This document shows, piece by piece, positions 50,354 through 60,585 of a stretch of DNA of 64,000 bases. The DNA comes from a bacterium (GTDB lineage Bacteria; UBA8248; JACPRG01; G963555815): the NCBI GenBank assembly GCA_965261595.1, contig CBDHDG010000006.1, positions 1,024,001-1,088,000 on the forward strand, given 5' to 3'. How positions within the stretch are numbered: the stretch's first letter is position 1; every line of letters starts with the position of its first letter. The notes beneath the pieces are model-generated. The model saw only the letters and a program-made list of their open reading frames with translations. It had not been told where the DNA came from and ran no database searches. Both the position numbers and the translations under genes were made by a program.

Positions 50354-50773
50354 ACAACCGATGGTCACCGCTCCCATCTTCAGGCTGTTGAAGAAATCTT
50401 TGGGGCTGATATCGACTACGCTCAGTGGGTCAAGATCTACGGCCCTGAGCCTGAGGGTGAGTCGCGGTACAGCCCTGGGAAGTGCAACGGAGCGGAGAGA
50501 CACAAGATCCAGGGAAACCCGGACCCGGACCACATCAGCACAAGCTACGTGGAGCGACAGAACCTCAATATGAGGATGAGCATGCGGAGATTCACCCGGT
50601 TGACCAATGCGTTCTCAAAGAAGGTTGAGAACCTGGAGCACGCCCTTGCGCTCCATTTCATGAATTATAATTTTGTCAGGATTCACCAGACGCTCAAGGT
50701 GACCCCGGCCATGGAAGCCGAAGTGACGGACACCCTGTGGACGCCAGAGGACGTTGCGGCCCTTGCGAATTGA
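50354..50773 (+). pseudogene. IS1-family-like DDE transposase, C-terminal half
   Basis: TTDGH..AVEEIFGADIDYAQ.VKIYG..ISTSYVERQNLNMRMSMRRFTRLTNAFSKK..YNFVRIH.TL.VTPAM. Confidence 0.85.
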
Positions 50774-50965
50774 AACTGACCCACTAGCGCGAATTCCATC
50801 GCCTTTCAACCGGCCGTCTCTTTTGAGAGAATAGAAGCGAGCAACGGCGCTCCCGCTTGCGTGTTCACCCCGGCGTAGGGTTTGCTGTAGGATGAGCGGC
50901 TGCTCCTACGGGCCGGGTCGGAGGACACCGAAGCCCTTCATCCCTCAATGAGAGGAGGCGGATAG

Positions 50966-52360
50966 ATGGCCAAAATCCTGATCGGCAACGGCACAGTGAT
51001 CACGATGGACGCCAAGCGAAGGATCATCAAGAATGGCGCGGTCCTCATCGAAAACGACCGGATCGCCTGGGTGGGGAAGGCCGGCAGGTTGAACCCGAAG
51101 GCCGCCCGGGGGGCGAGAAAGATCGACGCCTCGGGCAAGATCATCATGCCCGGACTCATCGACTCCCACGTCCACCACGTCCAATCCCTCGCACGGGGAA
51201 TCGCCGACGAGATCGACCTCATCGGCTGGATGCATGAGCGGATCTTCCCGTATGAGACCGCCATGACGGAGGAAGACACCTACTGGAGCGCGATGATGAC
51301 CTGTGTGGAGATGGTCCGCACGGGGACGACCACGGTCGCGGACCCCGGCAGCTATTTGATGAACAGCGTGGGCCGCGCGTGGGAGACATTCGGCATGCGG
51401 GGCATCCTCTGCTGGGCCGGGGCCGACCAGTGGAGCGGGGACCGCGCGCTTCCAAAGGGATTTCGCGGCAGGTTGACGACGGACGAAACCATGCGGGCGG
51501 AAGAGGCCCTGGTCGAGCGCTGGCACGGGAAGGCCAAGGGAAGGATCCGCGTCTCCGCAGGGGTCCGCGTCGAGCCCAACTGCTCCCCCGAGCTCCTCCA
51601 GCGCTGCAACGCGCTGGCCGAGGAGAAAGACCTCATCGTCCAGTTCCACGCCTGTGTCAATCAGGAGCAGGTCAATTGGGTGAAGAAGAGATGGGGCAAG
51701 CCGACCATCGAGTGGATGGACTCCCTCGGGGTGCTCACCGACCGCTGGCTCCTGACGCACATGGCGGCCGTGACGAACCGAGACGTGGCGCTGATCAAAA
51801 AGCGCGGCACCAATGTTTGCCACAACCCCGGCGCGACGCTTCATGGGGCCTATGCGGCAATCTCCGGGGGAAAATTCCCGGAGATGCTCGACCGGGGTAT
51901 TACGGTGGTCATCGGATGCGACAGCACGGCGGCCAACAACAGCCTGGACATGTTCCGGACCTTGTACCAGGTGGCCACCTCCCACAAGGAAGCCCGGGTG
52001 ATCCCCGACCTCATCCCGCCGGAGAAAGCCCTGGAGATGGCGACGGTCGATGCGGCCAAGGCCCTTCACTGGGAGGAAATCGGGTCGCTGGAAAAGGGCA
52101 AGAAGGCGGACGTCATCGTCGTGGACTGCTCAAAGACGAACTGGACGCCCAATTATGAGTTTGCCCTGGTTCCGAACCTTGTCTACTCGGGGGACGGCCG
52201 CGATGTCGAGACGGTCCTCATCGACGGGAAGGTCGTCTACAAGGACCGCAAGTTCACGACGGTCGATGAGGCCGAGGTCAACCGGCAGGCCCAGCGCGCG
52301 GGCGATCGGATCATGAAGCGGCTCCCCTACAGGCTCAAGTCGCGCTGGCCTGTCGTGTAG
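50966..52360 (+). CDS. Amidohydrolase, MtaD/AtzA-like deaminase family
   Basis: MPGLIDSHVH, RTGTTT, QFH, LTHM, GCD, GSLEKGKKAD; GGAGG RBS. Confidence 0.92.
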   Translation: MAKILIGNGTVITMDAKRRIIKNGAVLIENDRIAWVGKAGRLNPKAARGARKIDASGKIIMPGLIDSHVHHVQSLARGIADEIDLIGWMHERIFPYETAMTEEDTYWSAMMTCVEMVRTGTTTVADPGSYLMNSVGRAWETFGMRGILCWAGADQWSGDRALPKGFRGRLTTDETMRAEEALVERWHGKAKGRIRVSAGVRVEPNCSPELLQRCNALAEEKDLIVQFHACVNQEQVNWVKKRWGKPTIEWMDSLGVLTDRWLLTHMAAVTNRDVALIKKRGTNVCHNPGATLHGAYAAISGGKFPEMLDRGITVVIGCDSTAANNSLDMFRTLYQVATSHKEARVIPDLIPPEKALEMATVDAAKALHWEEIGSLEKGKKADVIVVDCSKTNWTPNYEFALVPNLVYSGDGRDVETVLIDGKVVYKDRKFTTVDEAEVNRQAQRAGDRIMKRLPYRLKSRWPVV

Positions 52361-52412
52361 GCGGGTTCGAGACTACGCGCCCATTGGCGCAAAGCTTGGG
52401 CAATCCGGAAAG

Positions 52413-52446
52413 AAAAAAGCCCCGCACGGCGGATCGTGCGGGGCTT
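52413..52446 (-). terminator. Intrinsic terminator between convergent genes
   Basis: AAGCCCCGCACG-GCGGAT-CGTGCGGGGCTT stem with a T6 tract on the minus strand. Confidence 0.75.
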
Positions 52447-52470
52447 CCTCATTCCGCTATCGCGCGGCCT

Positions 52471-53481
52471 CTACTGCGGCGCGAACAGGTCCATGAGCCG
52501 TTGGGCCTGATGAGGCTGGGCGGGCCGGACGACGGGAAGGTTGACGCCCGCTTCCCGGTACTTCTCGATCCGGGCCTGCACCTGCTCCGGCGTGCCGGAG
52601 GCCGTCAGGTTCTCGACGTAAGATTCGGGCAACGTCTTGGCGAGGAGCTCCTTGCCGCCCTTCTCTTCGGCTTCTATGAATTTCGGGAAGTCTTCCTTGT
52701 TGAGATGGGGGTCGCCCACGCGGATTCGCTGGCCGGCGTTGAATTTGATCTGGATCCGGTCGAACTTGCTGGCGACCTCCCAGCGGATCTGCTCGATGGC
52801 CTCCTCGTGGGTGTCTTCCACCGAGGAGACGACGATGCAGGCGATCTCGAACTTGCTCCAATCCCGGCCGGCCGCCTCGCAGGATTCCTTGCAGATCTGG
52901 ATGGCGTTCTTCAGGTACTCGGGCGAGGTCACGGCGTTGAGCATGACGCCGTCGCCGATCTCGCCGGCGATCTTCAGACCGGTCTTGCTCGTGGCCGCGA
53001 TCCACATCGGGATCTCTTTTCGGTAAGGCTCCCAGGCCAGCTCCACCCGGTCCAGTTTGATGGTCTCGCCCTGCCAGACAATCTGTTTTTCGCCCGAAAC
53101 CATCCTTCGAATGGCGGTGATGTATTCCTTCAGGGAGACCACCGGGTCGTCCGGCTCGAGAGAGTTCCAGGCGGCGTGGGTCTTCGTGCAGGCGCCCGGG
53201 GCGAGGATGAGCCTGCCCTCGGAGAGCTCGTCAATCGTCGCGACGGTCTGGCCGTGGATGACCGGCGACCGCAGCCGGACAATCTGCGTGCATCCGATGT
53301 TGATCTTCTTCGTGGCCAGGGCGAAGGCCGTCATCGCGGACACGGAATCCCGCATGATCTCGATGGTTTCCGAGAAAAAGCCGAGCTCGTAGCCGCGCTC
53401 GTCCGCCTGCTTCACCCATTCGGCCATCTCCCGGACGTTCAGCTTCGGGGAGTAGCCCTGTGCGAATCCGATTCGAGTCAT
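52471..53481 (-). CDS. LLM-class flavin/F420-dependent oxidoreductase (Mer-like)
   Basis: A.ATKKINIG, ATIDELSEGRLIL..G, IPMWIAAT, AGEIGDGVMLN, GTPEQV. Confidence 0.88.
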   Translation of the reverse strand: MTRIGFAQGYSPKLNVREMAEWVKQADERGYELGFFSETIEIMRDSVSAMTAFALATKKINIGCTQIVRLRSPVIHGQTVATIDELSEGRLILAPGACTKTHAAWNSLEPDDPVVSLKEYITAIRRMVSGEKQIVWQGETIKLDRVELAWEPYRKEIPMWIAATSKTGLKIAGEIGDGVMLNAVTSPEYLKNAIQICKESCEAAGRDWSKFEIACIVVSSVEDTHEEAIEQIRWEVASKFDRIQIKFNAGQRIRVGDPHLNKEDFPKFIEAEEKGGKELLAKTLPESYVENLTASGTPEQVQARIEKYREAGVNLPVVRPAQPHQAQRLMDLFAPQ

Positions 53482-53813
53482 GGATCTGAATTCCCTTTTT
53501 TCAACCCCGGGGGCCGGGTTCCGGTGAGCGCGACAAAAGGTCCGACCCCGCAAACGCCGGGTGAGGACGCAACACTCCGCCCACCTTCGACCGGTTTGTC
53601 GGTATCGACGCAAGCTCCAGCAAGAAGACACTTTTTACCTTTCACGGGGTTGTTCTGTCAAGACGGCGGGTCGGGACGCGGATACGTCCGGATTCGGCCG
53701 GTCCCGCTTCAGCGGGCGCGTCCGCTCCCTGTTTCCGAACGCCTCGCAACCGGGTAAAATTACATCCTGCGCGAGATTGGAACCTCTCTTCCCCTTTTAC
53801 TTGAGGATGTGAC

Positions 53814-55403
53814 ATGGAGTCATACGACGGAATCATAATCGGCAGCGGGCATAACGGCCTCATCTGCGGAAGCTACCTGGCCCGCGCCGGCATGAAGGTC
53901 CTGGTCGTAGAGCGGAACAGCCGCGTCGGCGGCGGATTGCTGACCGAGGAGTCCACCGTCCCCGGTTTCAGACATAACCATCACGCGAATTTTTTCATGG
54001 GGGTCGAGCTGACACCCTACTACCGCGACCTGGACCTGACGCGCTACGGCTTCGAGATGATCTTCCCCGAAGTCCAACACGGCATCGCCTTCCCCGACGG
54101 GACCGGCATCTGCATCCACCAGGACCCCGAGAAGACAGCCGCCTCCATCGCCCGGTTTTCGAACAAGGACGCCGACAGCTATCGGGAGATCCACGCCAAA
54201 TTCACGCTGGGGATGCGGGAGTTCATCACGGAGACGATGTTCAACCGGCCTCTGCCCCCGGAGGAGATGGCGGCGCGCCTGAACGGCGACCTGGGGGAGG
54301 AGGTGAAGGCGTACAACGCGATGACCATGTACGAGGCCGTCGAGCGGAACTTCGAGGAGGCGCACGTCCGGACGCTCTTCAAGCTTTGGTTCCACATCCT
54401 TGCCCTCGAGGACGACCCCGGGACGGGTGCGTTCTTTCCCCGCGTCTTCAGCCGGATGGACCGGTTCTCCATCGTCAAAGGGGGCAGCATCCGCTTCGCT
54501 GAGGCCCTCGAGGAGTGCTTCCGGTCTTACGGGGGGGAGATTCTCCAGGACGCGCACGTCTCGGAGGTCACCCACAAAAACGGAAAAGCCACGGGCGTCC
54601 GCCTCGAGGACGGCCGGACGCTGAAGGTGAAACAGGTGGTCATCAGCACGGTGGACCCGCCCCAGACGCTGCGCATGGTGGGCGAAGACGCGTTCGGCCC
54701 GGAAATTTCCGAAAAGGTCCGCAACTTCAAGCCTTCCCCGCACGCCATCTGCACGATTCACCTGGCGCTCAACGAGGCCCCGCGCTACACCGCCGCCGAA
54801 TTCGATCCCGACCTGAACCGGGCCTTCAACATGTTCATCGGCGTGGCCGACGAAGCCCAGCTGGAAGAGAATTTCAACGCGACGATCCATGGGTCGTTCC
54901 CGCCTTTCCCGATGGGCAACGGGGCGTGCAACTCGCTCCACGAGCCTTCCTACGCGCCGCCCGGAAAGCACGCGGCGTTCTGGTGGCCGTTCGTCCCCTA
55001 TGACCTCACCGACGGCGGACCGGACGCCTGGGACGCGAGACGCGAGGAGTACACGAACCGCCTCCTGGAGGTCTGGCGGACCTATGCCCCCAACCTGGAC
55101 GAGAAGAACGTCCTGGGAACTTACCTCTTCACCCCGCGCGACACCGAACGGAGCTGCATCAACATGATCCACGGCAGCCACCACGTCGGCGCGTATACGC
55201 TGGACCAGGTTGGCTATAACCGCCCCACGCCGGAGCTCTCCCACTACCGGACCCCGGTCGAGGGTTTCTATATGGCGGGGTCGGGCAACCACGTGGGAGG
55301 CTCGATCAACGGCGCCGCCGGATACAACGCGGCGAACACGATCGCCGAAGACCTGGGGATCAAGAAGTGGTGGACGCCGGTGCCCGAACCGGTGTTGGGA
55401 TGA
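53814..55403 (+). CDS. Phytoene dehydrogenase-like NAD(P)/FAD oxidoreductase
   Basis: IIGSGHNGL..YLARAG, VERNSRVGG, YRTPVEGFYMAGSG.H.GG.INGAAGYNAA. Confidence 0.88.
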   Translation: MESYDGIIIGSGHNGLICGSYLARAGMKVLVVERNSRVGGGLLTEESTVPGFRHNHHANFFMGVELTPYYRDLDLTRYGFEMIFPEVQHGIAFPDGTGICIHQDPEKTAASIARFSNKDADSYREIHAKFTLGMREFITETMFNRPLPPEEMAARLNGDLGEEVKAYNAMTMYEAVERNFEEAHVRTLFKLWFHILALEDDPGTGAFFPRVFSRMDRFSIVKGGSIRFAEALEECFRSYGGEILQDAHVSEVTHKNGKATGVRLEDGRTLKVKQVVISTVDPPQTLRMVGEDAFGPEISEKVRNFKPSPHAICTIHLALNEAPRYTAAEFDPDLNRAFNMFIGVADEAQLEENFNATIHGSFPPFPMGNGACNSLHEPSYAPPGKHAAFWWPFVPYDLTDGGPDAWDARREEYTNRLLEVWRTYAPNLDEKNVLGTYLFTPRDTERSCINMIHGSHHVGAYTLDQVGYNRPTPELSHYRTPVEGFYMAGSGNHVGGSINGAAGYNAANTIAEDLGIKKWWTPVPEPVLG

Positions 55404-55621
55404 AACCTTGGGGGGGACATTTTGAAAACGGTCCCCCCCCCCCCCTCGAAAAATTTTCACGAGGCCCAATAGGACTTCTCAAAGGGGGGTCCTATTGCGC
55501 CTCTGCCTGAAAGGTCTTGAGGACTTTTCGGAAGTCGCCATGAGCAATTCCATCGATCTCTGACGTCCGGGGGACCTCTTTCCCCTTTTCAGGGCATCAG
55601 ATTGTGTGGGAAGATCCCTAG

Positions 55622-55883
55622 CAGGTTGCGGAAAAACCCCCAAGATGGGCATCCCCGCAACGGAATTCCAAAACGTTCCGCTGTCGGGTTGTAGGGGAGC
55701 CCCTTGCGGGCTCCCATGCAGGATCGACACACCATCGATGGAGGGATCAATGAATCAATGGGTTATCTTCCTCTCGTGAGAGGCGGGAGGGCGCAAGGCC
55801 CTCCCCTACAACAATCGCTACGGGAGGAACGGGTCTCAGAAAAGGTTCAATGACCCAGGCCGAAATCGTTTTTCCGCAACCTG
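55622..55883. mobile_element. 262-bp MITE with IS5-like ends and an internal GTAG-REP pair, copy B
   Basis: Perfect TIR CAGGTTGCGGAAAAA/TTTTTCCGCAACCTG; TSD CTAG. Confidence 0.88.
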
Positions 55884-55911
55884 CTAGTTGTACAGATAAA
55901 AGGAGAATTTC

Positions 55912-56316
55912 ATGACACGAACCGCGCTCAACCCCGCTTCCATCGGCGCGCCCGTCGCCCCTTACTCTCACGCCATCAAGACCACCGGCAGCGAGATCCT
56001 CTTCCTGGCGGGGCAGGTGCCCATCGACAAGGAGGGAGGCACGGTCGGCGTGGGCGACTTCGAGGCCCAGGCGCGCTGCGTTTTCGACTTGTTGGGCGAG
56101 GTGTTGAAAGACGCGGGGATGGGCTGGGACAACGTCGCGAAGCTCAACGTCTTCATGACCCGGCGCGAGGACCGCGGGAAGATCACCGCCCTGCGGGAGG
56201 AGCTGTTCTCCCAGTGGTTCCCGGACGGCGACTATCCCATCAGCACGCTGCTCTTCATCTCCGGTCTTTACCGGGAGGAGTTCCTGATCGAGATCGAGGC
56301 CATCGCGGTTCGGTGA
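55912..56316 (+). CDS. RidA/YjgF family protein
   Basis: PYSHA, LFLAGQV, STLLFISGL..LIEIEAIA; the catalytic Arg of RidA is apparently absent. Confidence 0.9.
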   Translation: MTRTALNPASIGAPVAPYSHAIKTTGSEILFLAGQVPIDKEGGTVGVGDFEAQARCVFDLLGEVLKDAGMGWDNVAKLNVFMTRREDRGKITALREELFSQWFPDGDYPISTLLFISGLYREEFLIEIEAIAVR

Positions 56317-56416
56317 GGTCGAGGGTGGATGTGTAGTCGGGATGAGTCAGAGGCCACCGGTCGTCACCTGCACAACCGGCGGCCTCTCTCATCTTGGAGA
56401 CGCTCTTCTCAGGGCT

Positions 56417-57439
56417 TCAAGGAGCCTTCGGGAAGAGCTTGGGCAGGAACTCGTTCGTGTAGAGATCGGCCGCCTTGACGTTGATCGTCTCCTCGGACGT
56501 CTGCTTGACGACCGCCAGGGTCCGCTCCCACTTCTCAAGGGTCATGTGGCCGATGCCGAGCTTTTTCGACTCCGGCGTCAACAGGTGCTCCACGGTGAGC
56601 CGCCAGACGGCCTCGGCGACTTTCCTGTTCGTCGTCGGCGCGTTTTTCAGGAAGATGTCGAGGGCCCCCTTCGGGTTCTCGACCGACCAGGCCAGGCCCT
56701 TCATCGAGGTTTTCATGAAGCGGTCCACCAGTCTCCGCCTCTCGCGGATCGTCTTCTCCCGGGCCACGATCCCGATGGGATAAACGTCCACGCCGAAATC
56801 GGCGTACGGAATGACGACGGGTTCCTTTCCGTGCTTTCCGACGGCCCCCTCCACGATGGGGTAGGATATGGTGAAGAGCGTGATTGCGTCCACCTTTCCG
56901 GCGGCCAAGCTGGGCACCATCGCCTGGGGCGACATCGGGACATGCACGATTTTGGCCATGTCCACGTTGTTGGCGGCCGCCAGGGCGGGCAGGTTGACGA
57001 AGACGGTCTCCCCGACCGGCGCGCCCAATCTCCGCCCTTCCAGGTCTTTGGGCTTCGTGATCCCGTTCCCCTTCAGGGAGTAGATGGCGTAGACGTTTTT
57101 GGCGTGAATCACACCCAGGGCCTTGAGGTCGCCCCCCTGGTTTCGGATCTTGATGACCGAGCGCGGATCGGCGTGACCCAGCTCAATCGTCCCGGCGGCC
57201 ACGTCTTTCGCCACCGCCGAGCCTCCGAAGCCCCGGACGATCTTGATGTCGAGACCCGCGGCCTTGTACCAGCCCAAGTCCCTTGCGACGAAAAAGCCCG
57301 CGTCCCGGGGCAGGGGGATCCATCCGGTCGCGTAGGTCGCGGAGTCGAGGGCGACGGCCTTGCTCGGCGCCCCGGGGAGTAAGCTGAGAATGGCCAGTGC
57401 GGCCAGAACCATCCGAAAGACCAGTTTTGCGGACATCAT
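56417..57439 (-). CDS. ABC substrate-binding protein, NMT1/THI5-SsuA family
   Basis: Signal peptide; FFVARDLGWYKAAGLDI..G.GG, ITKPKDLEGR, LYTNEFLP. Confidence 0.88.
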   Translation of the reverse strand: MMSAKLVFRMVLAALAILSLLPGAPSKAVALDSATYATGWIPLPRDAGFFVARDLGWYKAAGLDIKIVRGFGGSAVAKDVAAGTIELGHADPRSVIKIRNQGGDLKALGVIHAKNVYAIYSLKGNGITKPKDLEGRRLGAPVGETVFVNLPALAAANNVDMAKIVHVPMSPQAMVPSLAAGKVDAITLFTISYPIVEGAVGKHGKEPVVIPYADFGVDVYPIGIVAREKTIRERRRLVDRFMKTSMKGLAWSVENPKGALDIFLKNAPTTNRKVAEAVWRLTVEHLLTPESKKLGIGHMTLEKWERTLAVVKQTSEETINVKAADLYTNEFLPKLFPKAP

Positions 57440-57498
57440 TGAATTCTCCTTTTCCGGGACAGCATCGAAACTTCATCCAGGAGCTGCGATGACCTCTT

Positions 57499-58160
57499 CT
57501 ACGGCGGGATTTCTTCCTCCTCCGGGGACCCTGTCCAAAGGCGCCACTTGGGCCGGAGCATCTCGAAGATGTCCCCGCACCGGGTGCAGTTGTTCTTCGA
57601 GAGGCGGGCGATGGGACGGAGCCGTTTGACATCGACCGTCCCGTCCAGAAAGAGGTCCTCCCGGAGGTGGAACATGACCACTTGTCCGATGACCAGATTA
57701 TGGCTGCCCAGCTCGACGAACCGTTGGAGTCGGCACTCCAAAGCGCCCGGGCTTTCGGCGACGCGGGGGGGCTTCACCACGCGGCTGGGGAGGGTCGTCA
57801 ACCCGGCCTCTTCCAGCTCGTTGATTTCGGGGCCATACGAGCCAGCGCAGATGTTGATCGCCTCGGCGATATCCTCGGTGGCGATGTTGACCACGAACTC
57901 GCCCGTTTCCTCGATGTTGCGCAGCGTGTCCTTCTTTATCTTCTCTCCGGAGTAGCCCGGCCTCTCCGCACCCTGATAGGTAGGAGAGAATACACCAGCG
58001 GCGGTTTGTTGGCAATGGCGTTGAAATAGGCGAAGGGGGCCGCGTTCAGCAGGCCGTCCGCGCTGAGGGAGGTTACGAAGGCGATGGGCCGAGGGACCAC
58101 CATTCCGCTCAAGAGCTGATAGTTTTGGCGGCCTGTATGATCGCTGGGGTCAATTTCCAT
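57499..58160 (-). pseudogene. Flavin reductase family protein, 1-nt frameshift near 57990
   Basis: YQLLSGMVVPRPIAFVTS..NAAPF in one frame; FSP..KKDTLRNIEETGEFVVN..PPRVAESP.ALEC in the next. Confidence 0.85.
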
Positions 58161-58520
58161 TTGAGGTCTCTGGTCCCTGAGAGCATCCGGGCGGCGCCCT
58201 TAGGGGCCGCTCAGTCCATCCCGCAAAGAGAACTTCCCCCCCTCCCCCCATCCACCGCCTTAGGGAAAGAAGCGGATTCACGGCGCGTCCTGTCTTCCGT
58301 GTCCATAAAGGATGGTCCCACTGTCATTGCTTGGGTCCGAGGCTAGCAAAGGGCCCATCGGCTGTCGACGAGAAGCCGCGTCTCGTTCTTTGTCGTTGGG
58401 TCAGTCATCCGTCGGTTGCGGCGCGAAGGGGCGAACGATGAACCGCCGGGCGGGGTGCGCTCATTGGCGCAATTCGGGGAAAATGGCTCCAGACATTGAA
58501 CCGCCCGCCTCCTCCTCCGG

Positions 58521-58549
58521 TTGACACCCTTCAAAGTGATCTCCACACT
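58521..58549 (+). promoter_or_regulatory. Putative sigma70-type promoter
   Basis: TTGACA-17 nt-CACACT upstream of the small ORF. Confidence 0.4.
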
Positions 58550-58593
58550 GAGGATGTCGGGAGGATTGATTCTTTTTGCTGGGGAGAGCGTCG

Positions 58594-58851
58594 ATGATGC
58601 TGGACCCTCGTGTTCCCGGACGCGAGAGCAAGGAGGCTGCGGAGCGTTTGAGCCGGATTTTCACCGATGACGCTTCCGGCATCGATGGGGACATCCGTTA
58701 CCACTTCGCGAAGACGGGATTCCACCTCACCCGCCGGTCGGCGGCGGACCCGGCGGATTCGCTCTTTTTGTCTTTCGTCCAACTCCGTGAATTGAACGAC
58801 GACGAGATCCGCACCATCATCCAATCGGGCTTCCAGGATGAACCGTCCTAA
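58594..58851 (+). CDS. Small hypothetical protein (about 85 aa)
   Basis: GGGGAG RBS, upstream promoter, protein-like composition. Confidence 0.55.
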   Translation: MMLDPRVPGRESKEAAERLSRIFTDDASGIDGDIRYHFAKTGFHLTRRSAADPADSLFLSFVQLRELNDDEIRTIIQSGFQDEPS

Positions 58852-58880
58852 AGGGAGTTGACCCCGCCGCCGGTTTGCGC

Positions 58881-59936
58881 TCAACGCGGTGTCCGCTGTT
58901 TCCCGCCTCCCGAATCTTTTTTTCGCCGATAGGGTCTTTTTTCCTCTGCGGCCAGCGAGGGCCGGTCCGGCGTCGCGTTGCTCTCCGCGTAACGGCGATG
59001 AAGGCGCGCGGCTTCCCGGGCGATTTCGCCGCGCAGGGCCCCGGGGGACAGGATTTCCGCGCCCGCGCCCCATTGGAAGACCCACCACCCCACCTCCCTC
59101 GGCTCGGCGACGTCCACCTCCAGGATCAATCCCCCGTCCGGCTGGTCGGTGAGCGATTGGGATGAATGCCACAGGGATTCGCGGATGAAAGGCGCGATGG
59201 AAGGGTCGAATTTCACGCGAACCCGCGACGATTTTTCGCCGGGGAAAACGCTGAAGGCGCCGCCGTGGCGGCCGGAGAGCGAGTAGTCTTCGCGGACGGG
59301 GACGTGAATCGGCAGGATCTTCACCTCTTCGATCCGCCCGGCGCGGAACATTCGGAATTCCCGCGCTTCCAGGGCGTATCCATCCAGGTAAAAGGCCCTG
59401 CGGCGGAACAGGAGGGCGCAAGGATCCACCGTACAGGTCTTGACGCGCCCCTCCCGGATCGAACGGTGTTTCAGGATGACGCGACGATGCTCGGCGGTCG
59501 CCGTTTGCAGGGCTTCGAGGACTTCGGGCTTGCATCCAAACCCCTGCCGGAGGACCGCGTCCTCCAGGGATTGCCTGAGAAAATCGCGCTCCACGTCCGG
59601 CGATTGGCCGATGAGTTTCCTCACGGCCGAGAGCGCGTCCACGCCCAGGGTGTAATCCCCAAAGGTCAAAAATTGCCGAACGGCGAGAACCAGCGCCATC
59701 CGTTCGGGAAACGTCAGGTCTTGGGTGGGGAGGAACGGGTCGGTTGTGATCCGGAAGCCATGGTCCGCGCGCGAGAAGCGAAAATCGAACCCGAGGCGTT
59801 TCAGCGCCTCTTTGTCCTTATAGAACTGAGAGCGGGAAATCCCCAAATTCCGGCTGAGCGCCTGGGGGGTCGTTTTTGGGTTGGTCTTGATCTCCGTGGC
59901 CAACCGGATGAGCCGAATGGGCCAGCCCAGGGGCAT
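58881..59936 (-). CDS. WYL-domain transcriptional regulator (HTH-WYL-WCX)
   Basis: N-terminal HTH (LGISRSQFYKD); VDPCALLFRRRAFYLDGY..RMFRAGRI; WVFQWGAGAEILSP. Confidence 0.9.
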   Translation of the reverse strand: MPLGWPIRLIRLATEIKTNPKTTPQALSRNLGISRSQFYKDKEALKRLGFDFRFSRADHGFRITTDPFLPTQDLTFPERMALVLAVRQFLTFGDYTLGVDALSAVRKLIGQSPDVERDFLRQSLEDAVLRQGFGCKPEVLEALQTATAEHRRVILKHRSIREGRVKTCTVDPCALLFRRRAFYLDGYALEAREFRMFRAGRIEEVKILPIHVPVREDYSLSGRHGGAFSVFPGEKSSRVRVKFDPSIAPFIRESLWHSSQSLTDQPDGGLILEVDVAEPREVGWWVFQWGAGAEILSPGALRGEIAREAARLHRRYAESNATPDRPSLAAEEKRPYRRKKDSGGGKQRTPR

Positions 59937-60160
59937 GGAACCTCCTCCTCATTCGGGAGGTGGGCGTTAAAGGGTGGATGAAGACCGGTCGGGATCGCGA
60001 ACCGCCAAGCCGAACCTGAGACGCGATGAACCGTTTGATCAGCGGATTTCGCTGGATCCATTTCACCCTTGAGGATGGGATACTTATAGCACACGGAGAG
60101 GGGGGAAAGGCTGAACTCAATCCAGGCGTGGGTGGAGCCGGCTTCTATGAATGACGTCTC

Positions 60161-60277
60161 TTAATCCCGAGAATGGGAATTCCGCCCTTTCGTGGTGTTC
60201 GATTCCCGTATGTCCATACGGACCAGAAGCCAAACGGAAAGGAGAAGGGCGACGGCGACCGCGAGCAGGAAGAACAT
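60161..60277 (-). CDS. Possible 38-aa single-TM small protein
   Basis: GGGGAG RBS; MFFLLAVAVALLLSVWLLVR hydrophobic helix. Confidence 0.35.
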   Translation of the reverse strand: MFFLLAVAVALLLSVWLLVRMDIRESNTTKGRNSHSRD

Positions 60278-60585
60278 GAGAAATCTCCCCAGAGAGAACG
60301 GCGTATCCGGATTTGAAACCGGCCGGAGGCCTTCCGTGGCGAATCCGCCGGCCGATTTCTCCCGACTCGCACGAGCAAAAATGCACAAACCGTGCCAGTT
60401 CTCCGGCCGCCGGTTCTATCCATTTCATCGGCCATCGCCTTGGACGCATAAGAAAAAATGATGGGGGGCTGGGTAAATCCGGGAAAACGCGGCGTCCGCG
60501 GCGCCGCCTTCAGGTGCCGGTGATCCACCCGCGCGAATCAACGGACTGCCGGTCCCGCGCGAACCTCCGCCGGGGTTTCAGGGGT

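Larger units (their letters stand above)
46177..50788 (+). mobile_element. IS1-family-like element with passenger genes, invaded by three IS3 elements
   Basis: IRs GGTCGTGGGTCAGTTTGA and TGAAACTGACCCACTAGC; near-perfect 8-bp TSD GCGATTTC/GCGAATTC. Confidence 0.75.
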
